64,000 nt of DNA, taken from Myxococcota bacterium (GTDB taxonomy: Bacteria; Myxococcota_A; UBA796; CAJQPC01). The notes below the pieces were generated by a model, which was given only the letters and a program-made list of their open reading frames with translations, was not told the origin of the DNA and did no database searches. Of the stretch, positions 8,888 to 19,370 are shown in pieces. The stretch lies in contig DASCPX010000047.1 in assembly GCA_036012755.1 (NCBI GenBank), positions 32,001 through 96,000 on the forward strand, in the 5' to 3' direction. The first letter of the stretch is position 1. Each line of letters starts with the position of its first letter. The position numbers and the translations under genes were made by a program.

Positions 8888-10440
8888 TCACAGGATGGCG
8901 TCGCCGGCTGGTTCCAGGGACGCGGTTCCGATCACTCGATAGCCCCGGCTGCCCAACCACGGAAGGGGGCCGGCCCCCGGGAGCACCAGCGGCTTCCTGG
9001 GTTCCAGCGCCTTGCGGACCTCGGCGAGCCGGATGGAGTCGACCTGCAGCCGGGTCCGCACCAGGCCGTCGAGGTAGGTGCCGCCCGAGAAGTCGTGGAC
9101 CACGCGATGACCGATCAGGTTCATGCCGAAGCCCGCCTCGACGATGTCCGCGAGGCTCGAGGTTCCCGCGTCGAGGAATGCGGGACCGGCGACGTTGAAG
9201 ATCTCGCTGAAGATCCCATCCGACCAGTGGTCCTCCTCCAACGACTCCCAGCCGACGTCGAAGAGCTGTGCGCCCCGCCGCATCCGCACTCGACCCTCTC
9301 GCCAGTCCACGGGCCCCCAGGTCTTCGGGTAGCCGTAGATCTCGCGGCCGACGCAGAGGGCCTGCTGGTTGTTCGGCTGGATCTGCTGGAAGTAGAGGTA
9401 GCGGGCGCAGCCGACGAGCGCCGGCCGGAGTAGCGCGACCTCCATGTACTCGGTGCCGTCGAGGTCCCGGACGCGCTTGTGGCCGAAGTCCGCGTAGCGC
9501 GAAAGGTAGAGGTAGCCGAGGGTCCAGGGAAACCTCAGGATGTTGCGGGCGCCGGGCGGGATGTTCACGACCCGCGTGAAGCAGACCGGGACCAAGACGA
9601 TCTCGACCTCTCGGGCTTCGTAGGGCCCCGGGAGGAGCTCCCGGCCGCCGATGAACAGCTGGGAGGTGGACATCTCCGCGGCCTGGGCGAGTCGCTCGAA
9701 GCTGTCGACCTCTGCGGCGCTCCAGGCGTCGAGGGCTCTTGCGAAGGCCGGGTGTTGCTGCGAGGCAGCGAGCAGATCTGCTGGCGCGATTGGTTGGAGC
9801 CGGCTGGCCCGGGCGCAACGCGCCGTGACCCGTCGGAGGTTGGTGGGCGGCGCGGAATCGCAAGCCATGGCCACCGACGATGTTGGAGTCCGCGACCCAT
9901 GGCCGCTCGAAGCGGAAGGCGACGCCGTCGATGTTCTCCAGCTTGCGGAGGCCGGTCAACGCGCCCAGTCCGAGGTCGCCGACGACCACCTCGTAGCCGC
10001 CGCTGAGGTCGAGCAGGTGGTGACGACCGTGCACGACCGGCCAGCCGAGGACCTCGCGCAGCCAGGTCGTGGTGTACAGCTCGTCGCACCAGGAGCTGAG
10101 CAGCCACCCGGCTGGATCGCCGTCAGCCAGCACCACCGGTGCGATGAGCATCGTCAGGCTGACCGCTCGTCCCGAGATGTCCAGCTTCCGCGACCAGCAA
10201 CCAGCCGTCCTCGGCGACGTCCCCCTTCGTCCAGGTCTGGAGCAGCGCCTCGTCGCGCCACTCGGACACCTGGCCGCTGTGGATGAGGTAGGCGTGGCGT
10301 GCCGTGTCCCCGACCACGAAGAGGGTGTGGCCCGGAGGCAGGTCGACCACGACGGCGTGGTCTTCCAGGATCTCGCGGACCCGGAGGGGGACGGGGTTGC
10401 TCAGCGCGAAGAGGGCGTCCAGGGTGGCGCCGATGTCCAT
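8888..10440 (-). pseudogene. Disrupted cNMP-binding + acetoacetate-decarboxylase-like multidomain gene (three reading frames)
   Basis: From ATG 10440, the first half of a cNMP domain (LPPGHTLFVVGD..HAYLIHSGQV). A second frame carries LREVLGWP. A third frame (9874..8888) carries the cNMP C-half (RRVTARC..HPAFARAL) and the ADC motif GREIYGYPK. Confidence 0.55.
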
Positions 10441-10441
10441 C

Positions 10442-10993
10442 TCAGCCCCTGTCGTCCACCGGCACCACCTGGGTCTTCGCGATGCGGTCACCGAGCCGGC
10501 GGCCCGCTGGGTCAGCAACGATCAGGCCGAGGTCCACGAGGATGAACAGGAAGACCGCCATGAAGCCGAAGGTCCCGAAGGGGTCCGGCAGGATGGCCAG
10601 CGCCCAGCAGGCGATGTAGGGAGAGTTCCTCAGGATCGCCTGCTTCGTGCTCGCCGGCGCGCCGCTGAGCGCGTCCACGATCCGGGTCTTGCCGACCCGC
10701 TTGCCGATGCTGTACTTGCCCGCGTCGATGTCCTTGACGGTCATGTAGATGGCGTTGAACAGGCTGGCCAGCATGCCGCTGATGAAGGCGGTGAAGGGCG
10801 ACAGCGCGATGCCGATCACCTCGATGACCGTCAGGATGAAGAACTCCAGCCCCGCTCCGCCGAGCCGGCGCTGCATGTTGGCCTTCGGTAGCTCCAGCGC
10901 GGTCTTCTCCTCGCCCCGGTAGTCGCAGGTCGTGTTCTGGCAGACGCCGTTTCTGCTCAGCGTCTGGCCACACATCGGGCAGTTTGAAGGCAT
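10442..10993 (-). CDS. RDD family membrane protein with N-terminal zinc ribbon
   Basis: CPMC...CQNTTC; SIGKRVGKTRIV; GRRLGDRIAKTQVV. Confidence 0.85.
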   Translation of the reverse strand: MPSNCPMCGQTLSRNGVCQNTTCDYRGEEKTALELPKANMQRRLGGAGLEFFILTVIEVIGIALSPFTAFISGMLASLFNAIYMTVKDIDAGKYSIGKRVGKTRIVDALSGAPASTKQAILRNSPYIACWALAILPDPFGTFGFMAVFLFILVDLGLIVADPAGRRLGDRIAKTQVVPVDDRG

Positions 10994-11035
10994 GGGCGGA
11001 TGTTACGCCGTGCCGGTCGCCGACGACACCGGTCC

Positions 11036-12379
11036 ATGGGCTCCGTGCTGCTGCTGCTTCCTACCCTGGCGTTCGCCGAAGACGCCGAGACCAGCTTCTC
11101 GCTGGGCTCCTATGGCCGGGTCCAGGCCTCCACCGACCTGTCGGGGGGGCGGGGAGAGGCCACCAACATCGTCGCCTTCGGGCCCCGTCTCGAGGCGGAC
11201 CCCTACGCCGAGATCGACCTGGGCTTTCGTCGCGAGGCCAGCGACCAGGCCACCTTCCGCGCGCTGTTGACCCCGGCGGTCTCCGGGGACCCCTTCCACT
11301 ACGACGGCCAGTGGGAGGCTGATCTCGCCCTGCGCAACCTCTTCGCGGAGGCGACCCTGGCGACGGGGCCCGGTCACACCACCCTGTGGGCGGGCAGCCG
11401 CATGTACCGCGGAGACGATGTCTACCTGTTGAACTTCTGGCCGCTGGATAGCCTCAACACCTTCGGCGGTGGGGCGGGCTTCCAGACGGATGACCTCGAG
11501 CTCCACGCTCACGTGGGCTTCAACCGCCTGAGCTTCGACGACTGGCAGGTCCAGACCTGGGCCCGCCCGGAGCCTGGCGGCGTCGGTGAGCAGGACATCA
11601 TCGTGCTCGATCGGCAGCGGCGCATCGCCTCCTTGAAGGGCTCGATCCTGCGGCCGGTCGGTCCGGTGACCCTGCGGCTGAAGGCCTATGGCGAGCTGCA
11701 CCAGCTGCCAGAGGGTGTGCGCATCGTCGATGACCGCTTCGAGGAGGAGCTCCCGGCGGATCTCGGCAGCCTCGTTGGCGTCCAGGTCTCCGCCTGGGGC
11801 TGGGCGGAGGACTCCTATGTCCACCTCTTCTACAAGCACGCCACGGGGCTCGCTGCCTTCGGTGAGCTGACGGTTCCCCAGGACGGCCTCGCCACGGACT
11901 ACACGACCAAGGCTGCGAGGGAACACCTCGTGGCTGTCGCCGGGAACCACGAGGTCGGCGAGATCCTCAGCATCGCCGCCGGGGGCTACGTCCGCAGCTT
12001 CGTGGACGCTGATGGTCAGGACCTCGACGTCGACGACCGCTGGGAGCTGGCGGTCTCCGCCAGGCCCACCGTGCACATCGGCCAGCACGTCGGCATCGGG
12101 CTGGAGGCCAGCCACCAGTGGCTGCGCCCCAACGGCCTGAACCCCCGCACGGAAGAGCACGACATCCCCCAGGTCACGAAGATCTCGGTCCTGCCGATGG
12201 TCACTCCGGCGCCGCGCACCTTCTCCCGGCCGATGGTGCACCTGACCTACACGATGTCGATCCTCGACGAAGACGCCCTCGACTGGTTCGACCCCCTGGA
12301 TGCCCGCGCCCAGCAGAGCGTCCACCACTTCGTGGGCCTCGGGGCCGAGTGGTGGATCAACAGCGAGAGCTACCGCTGA
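11036..12379 (+). CDS. Carbohydrate porin (LamB/maltoporin-like)
   Basis: FSLGSYGR, YAEIDLG, LRNLFAE, LWAGSRMYRGDDVYLLNFWPLD, C-terminal GAEWW. Confidence 0.75.
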   Translation: MGSVLLLLPTLAFAEDAETSFSLGSYGRVQASTDLSGGRGEATNIVAFGPRLEADPYAEIDLGFRREASDQATFRALLTPAVSGDPFHYDGQWEADLALRNLFAEATLATGPGHTTLWAGSRMYRGDDVYLLNFWPLDSLNTFGGGAGFQTDDLELHAHVGFNRLSFDDWQVQTWARPEPGGVGEQDIIVLDRQRRIASLKGSILRPVGPVTLRLKAYGELHQLPEGVRIVDDRFEEELPADLGSLVGVQVSAWGWAEDSYVHLFYKHATGLAAFGELTVPQDGLATDYTTKAAREHLVAVAGNHEVGEILSIAAGGYVRSFVDADGQDLDVDDRWELAVSARPTVHIGQHVGIGLEASHQWLRPNGLNPRTEEHDIPQVTKISVLPMVTPAPRTFSRPMVHLTYTMSILDEDALDWFDPLDARAQQSVHHFVGLGAEWWINSESYR

Positions 12380-12449
12380 GGTAGTCGGCACCTGTAAGAC
12401 CCGGGATCCGTCCGCCGTTGTCCTCGCGACGACACAGGAAGGATTCCAC

Positions 12450-14387
12450 ATGAGCCTTCTCCCCCTCCTCGCGCTGGCCAACGCCGACAGCACTACCCTC
12501 GAGCCCTTCCGGAGCTGCGAGGCCTACGACGACGCTCTCGTCGAGGCCATCACCGATCAGCTCGCGTACCAGGACTACTACTACGGCTACTACGGCATGC
12601 TCGGCGGCGTGGCCACGATGGCGAGGGAGTCGGCTGCTCCGTCCGTCTCGGGCTCGGCGGGCGCGGGACCGAGCTCCCACACCACCACCAACGTGCAGGA
12701 GCAGGGGGTGGACGAGCTCGACTTCGTCAAGACCGACGGCAAGTTCATCTACAGCCTCAACGGGCAGGAGCTCGCCATCGTCCAGTCCTGGCCGGTCGAC
12801 TCGGTCGAGAAGATCGGCAGCTTGACCATCGAGGGCCAGCTCAGCAGCCTCTTCCTCGACGGCGACCGCGTCGTCGTGATCTCACGGCTCTACGACAACG
12901 GCGGGTGGGGCTACGGCGCCGGGACGCGGGCCACGGTCGTGGACGTCTCCGACCGGACCAGGCCGCGGGTGATCCGCACCCTGGACATGGAGGGCTCGAT
13001 GACCCAGGGTCGCCTCATCGGCGGCAAGGCCTACTTCGTGCTCAACGACTCCGCGCAGGTCCCCCAGGACATCTGGAACCTCGTGTACGCGGGTGAGCTC
13101 GAGCTTCCCCTCGTCGACTGGAGCTCCGAGCAGAGCCGGCAGGACAGCGTCCAGGCCCGCAAGGACATCCTCCGTCCCGCCATCGCCAAGCGTCTCGCGA
13201 CCCTGGACCGCAGCGAGCGGCTCCCTGCCTACACCGACTCCCTGCCCGGCTGGATGCCCAAGACCGGGACCCTGGTTGACTGCGAGGACATCCACTCCGA
13301 CGGCAGCTCCCGCCAGCCGGGCTTGCTCAGCGTCGTCAAGGTCGACCTGCGCGACATGACCAAGGCCCCAGAGGGCTCCGCGGTCGTCGGCAGCGGCTGG
13401 AACGTCTACGCCTCCACCGACTCGCTCTACGTCGCCCAGAACAGCGGCAGCTGGTGGTGGTGGGGCTGGGGCTGGGGCGGCGGCACCTGGGATCCGGGCA
13501 CCGACCTGCACAAGTTCGACCTGCGAGGCGACAAGCCCGCCTACCGGGCCAGCGGCCACGTGGACGGCTGGCTGTTGAACCAGTTCGCGATGAGCGAGCA
13601 CGAGGGCAACCTGCGCGTCGCCGCCACGGACGACGACTGGTGGTGGGGCAGCGGCAACACCGGCGCCGGCTCCAGCGTGACCGTGCTGCGCGACAACGGC
13701 TACGGCGACCTCGTCGTCACCGGTCGCGTCGAGGGCATCGCCCCCGGCGAGCAGATCTACGGCGTGCGCTTCGACGGGGACCGCGGCTACCTCGTGACCT
13801 TCCGCCAGGTCGATCCGCTCCATGTCATCGATCTCTCGGATCCCAGCGAGCCGACGGTGCGCGGCGAGTTGCAGATCCCCGGCTACAGCTCCTACCTCCA
13901 CCCGATCGAGGGCGGCTACCTGCTCGCTGTCGGCATGGACGGGGATTGGAATGGACGCCTCAACGGGCTGAAGGTCAGCATCTTCGACGTGAGGGACATG
14001 GACCGCCCCCGAGAGGTCCAGAAGTACACGGTCACGGGCGACGACTGGTCCTGGTCAGAGGCCCTCTACGACCACCACGCCTTCACCTACGCCGACGGTG
14101 TGCTGTCGATCCCGACCTACACATACGACCAGACCGACTGGACCTACGAGGCGGGACTGCTCGTGCTGGACGCGGACCCGAGAAAGGGCATCTCCGAGCG
14201 CGGCCAGGTCAGCCACAGCGACCTCGCCGCCCCTGGCAGCTGGGTGGCCGTGCGGAGGTCCATCTACATCGACGACGTGCTCGTCAGCATCAGCAACGCC
14301 GGCATGAAGTTCTCGAGCCTCGCGAAGCCTGGCCACCAGCTGGCCTCGCTGAAGCTCGAGGAGGGCGTCAACAGCTACTACTGGTAG
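12450..14387 (+). CDS. Secreted beta-propeller domain protein (Beta_propel family)
   Basis: TTNVQEQGVDELDFVKTDG, LNQFAMSEHEGNLRVA, GEQIYGVRF..YLVTFRQVDPL, GELQIPGYSSYLHP; SD before ATG 12450. Confidence 0.85.
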   Translation: MSLLPLLALANADSTTLEPFRSCEAYDDALVEAITDQLAYQDYYYGYYGMLGGVATMARESAAPSVSGSAGAGPSSHTTTNVQEQGVDELDFVKTDGKFIYSLNGQELAIVQSWPVDSVEKIGSLTIEGQLSSLFLDGDRVVVISRLYDNGGWGYGAGTRATVVDVSDRTRPRVIRTLDMEGSMTQGRLIGGKAYFVLNDSAQVPQDIWNLVYAGELELPLVDWSSEQSRQDSVQARKDILRPAIAKRLATLDRSERLPAYTDSLPGWMPKTGTLVDCEDIHSDGSSRQPGLLSVVKVDLRDMTKAPEGSAVVGSGWNVYASTDSLYVAQNSGSWWWWGWGWGGGTWDPGTDLHKFDLRGDKPAYRASGHVDGWLLNQFAMSEHEGNLRVAATDDDWWWGSGNTGAGSSVTVLRDNGYGDLVVTGRVEGIAPGEQIYGVRFDGDRGYLVTFRQVDPLHVIDLSDPSEPTVRGELQIPGYSSYLHPIEGGYLLAVGMDGDWNGRLNGLKVSIFDVRDMDRPREVQKYTVTGDDWSWSEALYDHHAFTYADGVLSIPTYTYDQTDWTYEAGLLVLDADPRKGISERGQVSHSDLAAPGSWVAVRRSIYIDDVLVSISNAGMKFSSLAKPGHQLASLKLEEGVNSYYW

Positions 14388-14397
14388 CCCTCGGGTC

Positions 14398-16845
14398 TCA
14401 GAGCTCGACCTGTACGACCATGCCCAGGGGGGCCTGGTAGGTCGTGGTGTTGTAGAAGTCGCTGTAGGTGTCGCCGACAGAGCCCAGGTCGTCGTAGCTG
14501 GATGCGTAGGCGTAGCCGTAGGCCTCGCCGAAGCCAGCCTCGGTGTTCGTGCTCGCGGTGTCGAAGTAGTAGGTCGTCGTCGCGCAGTCCATGGCCCAGG
14601 CCAGGGCGTAGTAGGTGCCGCTGGTGACCTCGTAGTCCACCGAGACGCTGTGCCAGCCGGCGCTCGTGGAGAGGGTGTCGCCTGTGTCCTTCCACTCGAC
14701 GACCCAGCCGCTCAAGCTGGTGGGGGCGGTGGCTCTCGACAGGATGTAGTAGTCGATGGTGCAGCCCGACGTGGACCCCGACGCGTAGACCTCGAAGGAG
14801 CTGATCGTGTCGTCCGTGTCCGCGAGGAAGGTGTTCGCCCAGACGTCGGTGCCCGTGCTGCTGGAGGTCGTGCCGCCCAGGTCGTAGCTGCTCACGCAGC
14901 CGTCGTCGTCGCAGACGAAGCTCTCGTCGTCGGCGAGGCCGTCCCAGGTGTCGCCCTGCCAGGAGAGGTCGTTGTCCGAGTTGTCGAAGTCGCAGTCGGT
15001 CGCGGTGAACTCGGCTCCGCTGGAGGTGGTGTAGACCGCGCCGTAGGTGGTGTCGCTGCTGCCGTTGGTGAAGCCGAGGCCGGAGACCGTGTCGTCGCCG
15101 ACGCACTCCACCGTCGTGTTGGTGTAGAGGTAGCCGCCGGAGATGCCGCCGGCGGCGGTGTTGCTGTCCATCTCGGTGTCCTCGATGTAGAGGTCCGAGC
15201 CGCCGTCGCTGGACGCGTAGGCATAGAAGATGCCGCCGTACAATGACGCCGCGTTGGACTCCAAGAAGGAGTCGTAGAACTCGACCGAGGCCTCATCCAG
15301 CCAGATTGCGGCTGCATAGCTGGCCGTGTTGTTCGAGACGGTGACGCCGTCGAAGGTCCCGGTGCACTCGTAGATGGCGATGCCGCCGCCCAGCTCGGCG
15401 TCGTTGCTGTCGAAGACCACGTTGTCGGCGCTCACCGTGCTGGCGCCTGTGCAAGCGAGGCCTCCACCGCCCTCCCAGCTCGTGCTGGTGCCGAAGATGC
15501 CTCCGTTGTCTCCCGAGCCGGCCTGGACGGTCAGGTCGCTGATGCTCACGGCCACGCCGTCGGCGTCGATGTCGATGACGGTCCCTGTCGCGGCGCCGTC
15601 GAGAACCACCGCGGTCTCGTCCCCGGAGGCCCCGACGATGTCGACGTCAGCCTCGACGTCGAGGTTCACGTACCAGGTGCCGTCGCAGAGGTTCAGCGTG
15701 CCGTCGGTCGACAGGGTGACGTCCGCCGGCGTGGAGGACGAGCCCGTCAGCGTCGAGGTGTAGTCGGTGGTCGCGCTGCCGTCGTCGAAGAGCGCCGTGC
15801 CGTCCTCGCTGGTCGAGCTGTCGCAGTCGTCGTCGACCCCGTTGCAGGTCTCAGTGGCGCCGGGGTTCACGCTGTCGTCGCTGTCGTCGCAGTCGTCCGC
15901 GACGTCGACGTAGCCGGAGGGCTGGTCACAGGTGATGGTGCTCGTCGCCGGTGTGCCGTAGCCGTCGCTGTCGCTGTCGAGGTACCACTTCGTCACGTCG
16001 ACGGCGTCGTCCTCGTCGATGTCCCCGTCGCAGTCGTCGTCGTGGCCGTCGCAGTACTCGTCGGCGTCGGGGTTGGTGTCCTCGTCCGTGTCGTCGCAGT
16101 CGTTGCTGTTGTCGGTGAAGCCGGAGGGCTGGTCACAGGCCACGTCCGTCACCGCCGAGGAGCCGAAGCCGTCCTTGTCCTTGTCGCCGTACCAGGTCGA
16201 GGCGTCGACGGCGTCGTCCTCGTCGATGTCCCCGTCGCAGTCGTCGTCGTGGCCGTCGCAGTACTCGTCGGCGTCGGGGTTGGTGTCCGCGTCCCCATCG
16301 TCGCAGTCGGTGTCGTCCTCGACGAAGCCGCTGGGTGCGTCGCAGGCGTCCTCGCTGAGACCGGCGCTCCCGAAGCCGTCCCCGTCGCCATCGGCGTACC
16401 AGGTCGTGGCGTCGATCGCGTCCTCGTCGATCTCGCTGTCGCAGTCGTCGTCCTCGCCGTTGCAGACCTCGTCCGCCCCGGGGAACTGCAGGGCGTCGCC
16501 GTCGTCGCAGTCGTCCGCGTTGTCGCTCGAGCCCGATGGGGCCTCGCAGGTCCACTGCTCGTCGCCTGCGCCGTAGCCGTCGCCGTCACCGTCGACGTAG
16601 GAGCTCACACCCGTCGAGGTGTCCACGCTGTCGTCGTCGTCGTCGACGAGCTCGTCGCAGTCGTTGTCGATCCCGTCGCAGACCTCTGCCGCGTCGGGGT
16701 TGATCGCAGCGTCGTCGTCGTTGCAGTCGTCTTCGACGGTGTACCCGTCCTGGTCCGCGTCGGTGGGGCCGGTGACGCCGCTGTCGCCGCTGTCGTCTCC
16801 GGCGGGGGTCTTGTTGCAGGCGAGGGCGATGAGGATGGTGAGCAT
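14398..16845 (-). CDS. Lipoprotein with ~5 MopE-type (DCDD..NP.A.E.CDG.DDDCDG) repeats plus beta-helix region
   Basis: MLTILIALAC lipobox, Cys/Asp repeats, GGGI/GGIF beta-helix-like repeats. Confidence 0.85.
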   Translation of the reverse strand: MLTILIALACNKTPAGDDSGDSGVTGPTDADQDGYTVEDDCNDDDAAINPDAAEVCDGIDNDCDELVDDDDDSVDTSTGVSSYVDGDGDGYGAGDEQWTCEAPSGSSDNADDCDDGDALQFPGADEVCNGEDDDCDSEIDEDAIDATTWYADGDGDGFGSAGLSEDACDAPSGFVEDDTDCDDGDADTNPDADEYCDGHDDDCDGDIDEDDAVDASTWYGDKDKDGFGSSAVTDVACDQPSGFTDNSNDCDDTDEDTNPDADEYCDGHDDDCDGDIDEDDAVDVTKWYLDSDSDGYGTPATSTITCDQPSGYVDVADDCDDSDDSVNPGATETCNGVDDDCDSSTSEDGTALFDDGSATTDYTSTLTGSSSTPADVTLSTDGTLNLCDGTWYVNLDVEADVDIVGASGDETAVVLDGAATGTVIDIDADGVAVSISDLTVQAGSGDNGGIFGTSTSWEGGGGLACTGASTVSADNVVFDSNDAELGGGIAIYECTGTFDGVTVSNNTASYAAAIWLDEASVEFYDSFLESNAASLYGGIFYAYASSDGGSDLYIEDTEMDSNTAAGGISGGYLYTNTTVECVGDDTVSGLGFTNGSSDTTYGAVYTTSSGAEFTATDCDFDNSDNDLSWQGDTWDGLADDESFVCDDDGCVSSYDLGGTTSSSTGTDVWANTFLADTDDTISSFEVYASGSTSGCTIDYYILSRATAPTSLSGWVVEWKDTGDTLSTSAGWHSVSVDYEVTSGTYYALAWAMDCATTTYYFDTASTNTEAGFGEAYGYAYASSYDDLGSVGDTYSDFYNTTTYQAPLGMVVQVEL
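15996..16288. repeat. Identical 86-bp direct repeat, period 207 bp, inside the MopE-repeat gene
   Basis: 15996-16081 is identical to 16203-16288. Confidence 0.8.
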
Positions 16846-16890
16846 TCCGGGTCCTTCGAAGTGATGGCCCGACGGCTTTACCGCGCGCCC

Positions 16891-17843
16891 TCAGAGGTTG
16901 CACCCGTCGTCGCAGCTGAAGGTCTCGTCCGCCCCGAGCCCGGTGTGCTCCGTGCCGTTCCAGTCCACGTCGATGCCCGTGTTGTCGAAGTCGCAGTTCG
17001 TCGCGCTGAACTCCGCGCCGCTCTCGTTCCAGGTGAAGATCACGCCGTAGCTGGTGTCGGTGCTGCCGGTGAAGCCCAGGCCCGTGCTCGATGGGTCGCC
17101 CACCACTCCACCGAGGAGTTCTTGGAGATGCGCCCCCCGGGCATGCCGGTCGTCGCCGTGTTGCCGTCCATCTCCGTGTCCTCGAAGTAGATCTCCGAGC
17201 CGCCCCCCGAGTAGTAGCTGTAGGCGTAGAAGACCCCGCCGTAGACGGCCCGGTTCGTCTCGATGAAGGAGTCGTAGAACTCGGCGGAGGCGTCGTCGGT
17301 CCAGATGGCGCCGCCGTAGCTGCCCGTGCTGTTGGACACGGTGACGTTCTCGAAGGTGACGCTGCACTCGTAGAGCCCGATGGCGCCGCCGTAGCTGCCC
17401 GTGCAGCTGTCGACGACCACGTTGTCCAGGCTGACGTCGCTGGAGCCGGTGCAGTCGGTGCCCGGTGCGACCCAGCCAGAGTAAGCCTCGCAGGCCTCGC
17501 GGCTGTCCTCCGGGTCGCCGAAGCCGTCGTCGGTCTCCGAGCTCTCGGAGGGCCTCGCGCAGGCCCACAGGAGGACTCCTGCGCCGAAGCCGTCTCCGTC
17601 TCCGTCCGCGTAGAAGCTCACCCCCGAGGTGGTGTCGAAGTCGTCAGCGTCGTCGACGAGGTCGTCGCAGTCGTTGTCGACGCCGTCGCAGACCTCGCTC
17701 GCCTCGGGGTGGATCGCGGGGTCGTCGTCGTTGCAGTCGAGGTCCGAGGCGAAGCCGTCGTTGTCCTCGTCCGACACGCTGGTGGCGCTGTCTTCGCCGG
17801 GTGTCTTGTTGCAGGCGATCGCGATGAGGGCGGCGAGCAACAT
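16891..17843 (-). pseudogene. Frameshifted, internally deleted paralog of the 14398..16845 lipoprotein
   Basis: Collinear with the neighbour but jumps at ETDD|GFGDP and TDC|TGSS. A 1-nt loss near 17105 (GAG TG GTG GGC, where the paralog has E-C-V-G) moves the C-terminus into the frame ending at 16891. Confidence 0.7.
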
Positions 17844-17884
17844 CTCGGCTCCACGGAGGCGGCCAGAGCCTACCGCCCGCGGGC

Positions 17885-18445
17885 TCAGTCGTAGGTCAGG
17901 GTGTCCAGGGCGTTGTCGAAGTGCTCCGAGCCATAGCCCGGGCCGCGCCAGACCAGCAGGACCTGGCCCTTGCGCTCGGGCATGAAGCCGAAGACAGCGG
18001 AGCCGGTGCCGCCGGCGTGGTCGAAGTCGAAGTAGCCGGCCTTGCCGCCGCCCATGGCGAAGGTGCCGAGCTCCACCCGCCGGTAGCCCGAGATGCTTCC
18101 GCGCAGGTTGCCCTCGACCAAGGCACCCAAGACGGAGATCTCCGTGCTCGCGCCAGCCTGATCGCGAAGGTCATAGCTCACGGCGCTGACCCCCTCGACC
18201 ACGTTCAGGTCCTGCTGGCTGGTGAGCATGTGGATCACCAGCAGCTCCTCTCCCGGGCCCTCGAGCCGAAGGCCCGCGACGCCGCCGTAGGAGTAGACCG
18301 TGGCGTCCTCCATCGACCAGGACGGGGGCACCTCGAAGTCCACCCCGACGTCCGCCAGGCTCGCGGAGCGCGGCCAGCCGAACCAGATGAGCGCCAGGAG
18401 TCCCCCGATGACCCCGATCCACTGGACGACCCGGGTGCGCTTCAT
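17885..18445 (-). CDS. Membrane-anchored hypothetical protein
   Basis: MKRTRVVQWIGVIGGLLALIWFGW; ATGA overlap with the upstream hydrolase stop. Confidence 0.7.
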   Translation of the reverse strand: MKRTRVVQWIGVIGGLLALIWFGWPRSASLADVGVDFEVPPSWSMEDATVYSYGGVAGLRLEGPGEELLVIHMLTSQQDLNVVEGVSAVSYDLRDQAGASTEISVLGALVEGNLRGSISGYRRVELGTFAMGGGKAGYFDFDHAGGTGSAVFGFMPERKGQVLLVWRGPGYGSEHFDNALDTLTYD

Positions 18446-19284
18446 ACCAGCGCCTCGGCGAAGCCGCGGAGCTCGGACGCCACCTCGTCGGGCCGCTCGG
18501 TGAAGGGGCTGTGGCCCCAGCCCTCCGGACGGCACACCTCTGCATGGGGTAGCTGCTCCCGGTAGTAGGCGAGATCGGCGTCGGCGAGCAGCCGCTCCTG
18601 CAGGCCCCAGTAGAGCCGCGTCGGGGCGGCGATGCGCTCGAGGATCTCCGGCCCCAGGAAGTCGTGCTCGCCCATGCGATCGATGAACTGCCGGATGTGG
18701 TCCTTGTTGAGCTGGTACCTCACGACATGGGCCACCAGCCACTCGAGGGGCACGGGCCCCGCGAAGAGCTTTCGGCAGAAGGCGACGCTCTCTTCGTGGG
18801 TGCGCACGAGCCAGTTGCCGGTCATGCGCTTGAAGTTCTCCAGCGGCGTGACCGCGCCTCCGGGCGAGGCCACGAACAGGCCCCGCACCTTGTCTGGGTG
18901 GCGGGAGGCGAACTGCATCGCCGCGTAGCCCCCGAGCGAGTTGCCGAAGACCACCGCGGGCTCGTCGAGGAGCTCGTCGACGACCTCGCAGAGGGTGTCG
19001 GTGACCATGGGGCCGTCGATGCCCTCGTCCGGGTAGTGTGACCAGCCGTGGGCGAGCAGGTCGGGCACGATCACGCGCCGGAAGTGCGGCAGCAGCCGGG
19101 GAACGAAGCGTCGGTAGTGGGTGCTGCGGGACGAGAGCCCGTGCATCAGCACGAGGTCGGGGAGATCCCCCCGGCCCGGTCCGTCGAGGACGTGCAGGGG
19201 GCCATGCGAGGACTCGACGTAGCGGGACCGCAGGCCGAGCCATCGCAGCCACCGCAAGCTGAGCCAGTCGATCAGCGGGACCAC
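18442..19284 (-). CDS. Alpha/beta hydrolase
   Basis: LVLMHGLS, PDLLAHGWS, nucleophile elbow GNSLGG, C-terminal GWGHSP. Confidence 0.9.
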   Translation of the reverse strand: MVPLIDWLSLRWLRWLGLRSRYVESSHGPLHVLDGPGRGDLPDLVLMHGLSSRSTHYRRFVPRLLPHFRRVIVPDLLAHGWSHYPDEGIDGPMVTDTLCEVVDELLDEPAVVFGNSLGGYAAMQFASRHPDKVRGLFVASPGGAVTPLENFKRMTGNWLVRTHEESVAFCRKLFAGPVPLEWLVAHVVRYQLNKDHIRQFIDRMGEHDFLGPEILERIAAPTRLYWGLQERLLADADLAYYREQLPHAEVCRPEGWGHSPFTERPDEVASELRGFAEALV

Positions 19285-19370
19285 CCCCCTTTCATCTCAC
19301 GGAATCGAGGGGGCGTCCACGTGGATTCTCTGTGCTGTCCGGCGAGGACGTCGGTCGATATTGGTCCGCC

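Noticed and set aside
16853..16880. Sigma-28 promoter before the MopE lipoprotein (TAAA-N16-TTCGAAGG, minus strand)
   Set aside because: Lacks the CCGA core, and the paralog has GCGGTAGGCT at a similar position, which favours an ordinary -10 box.
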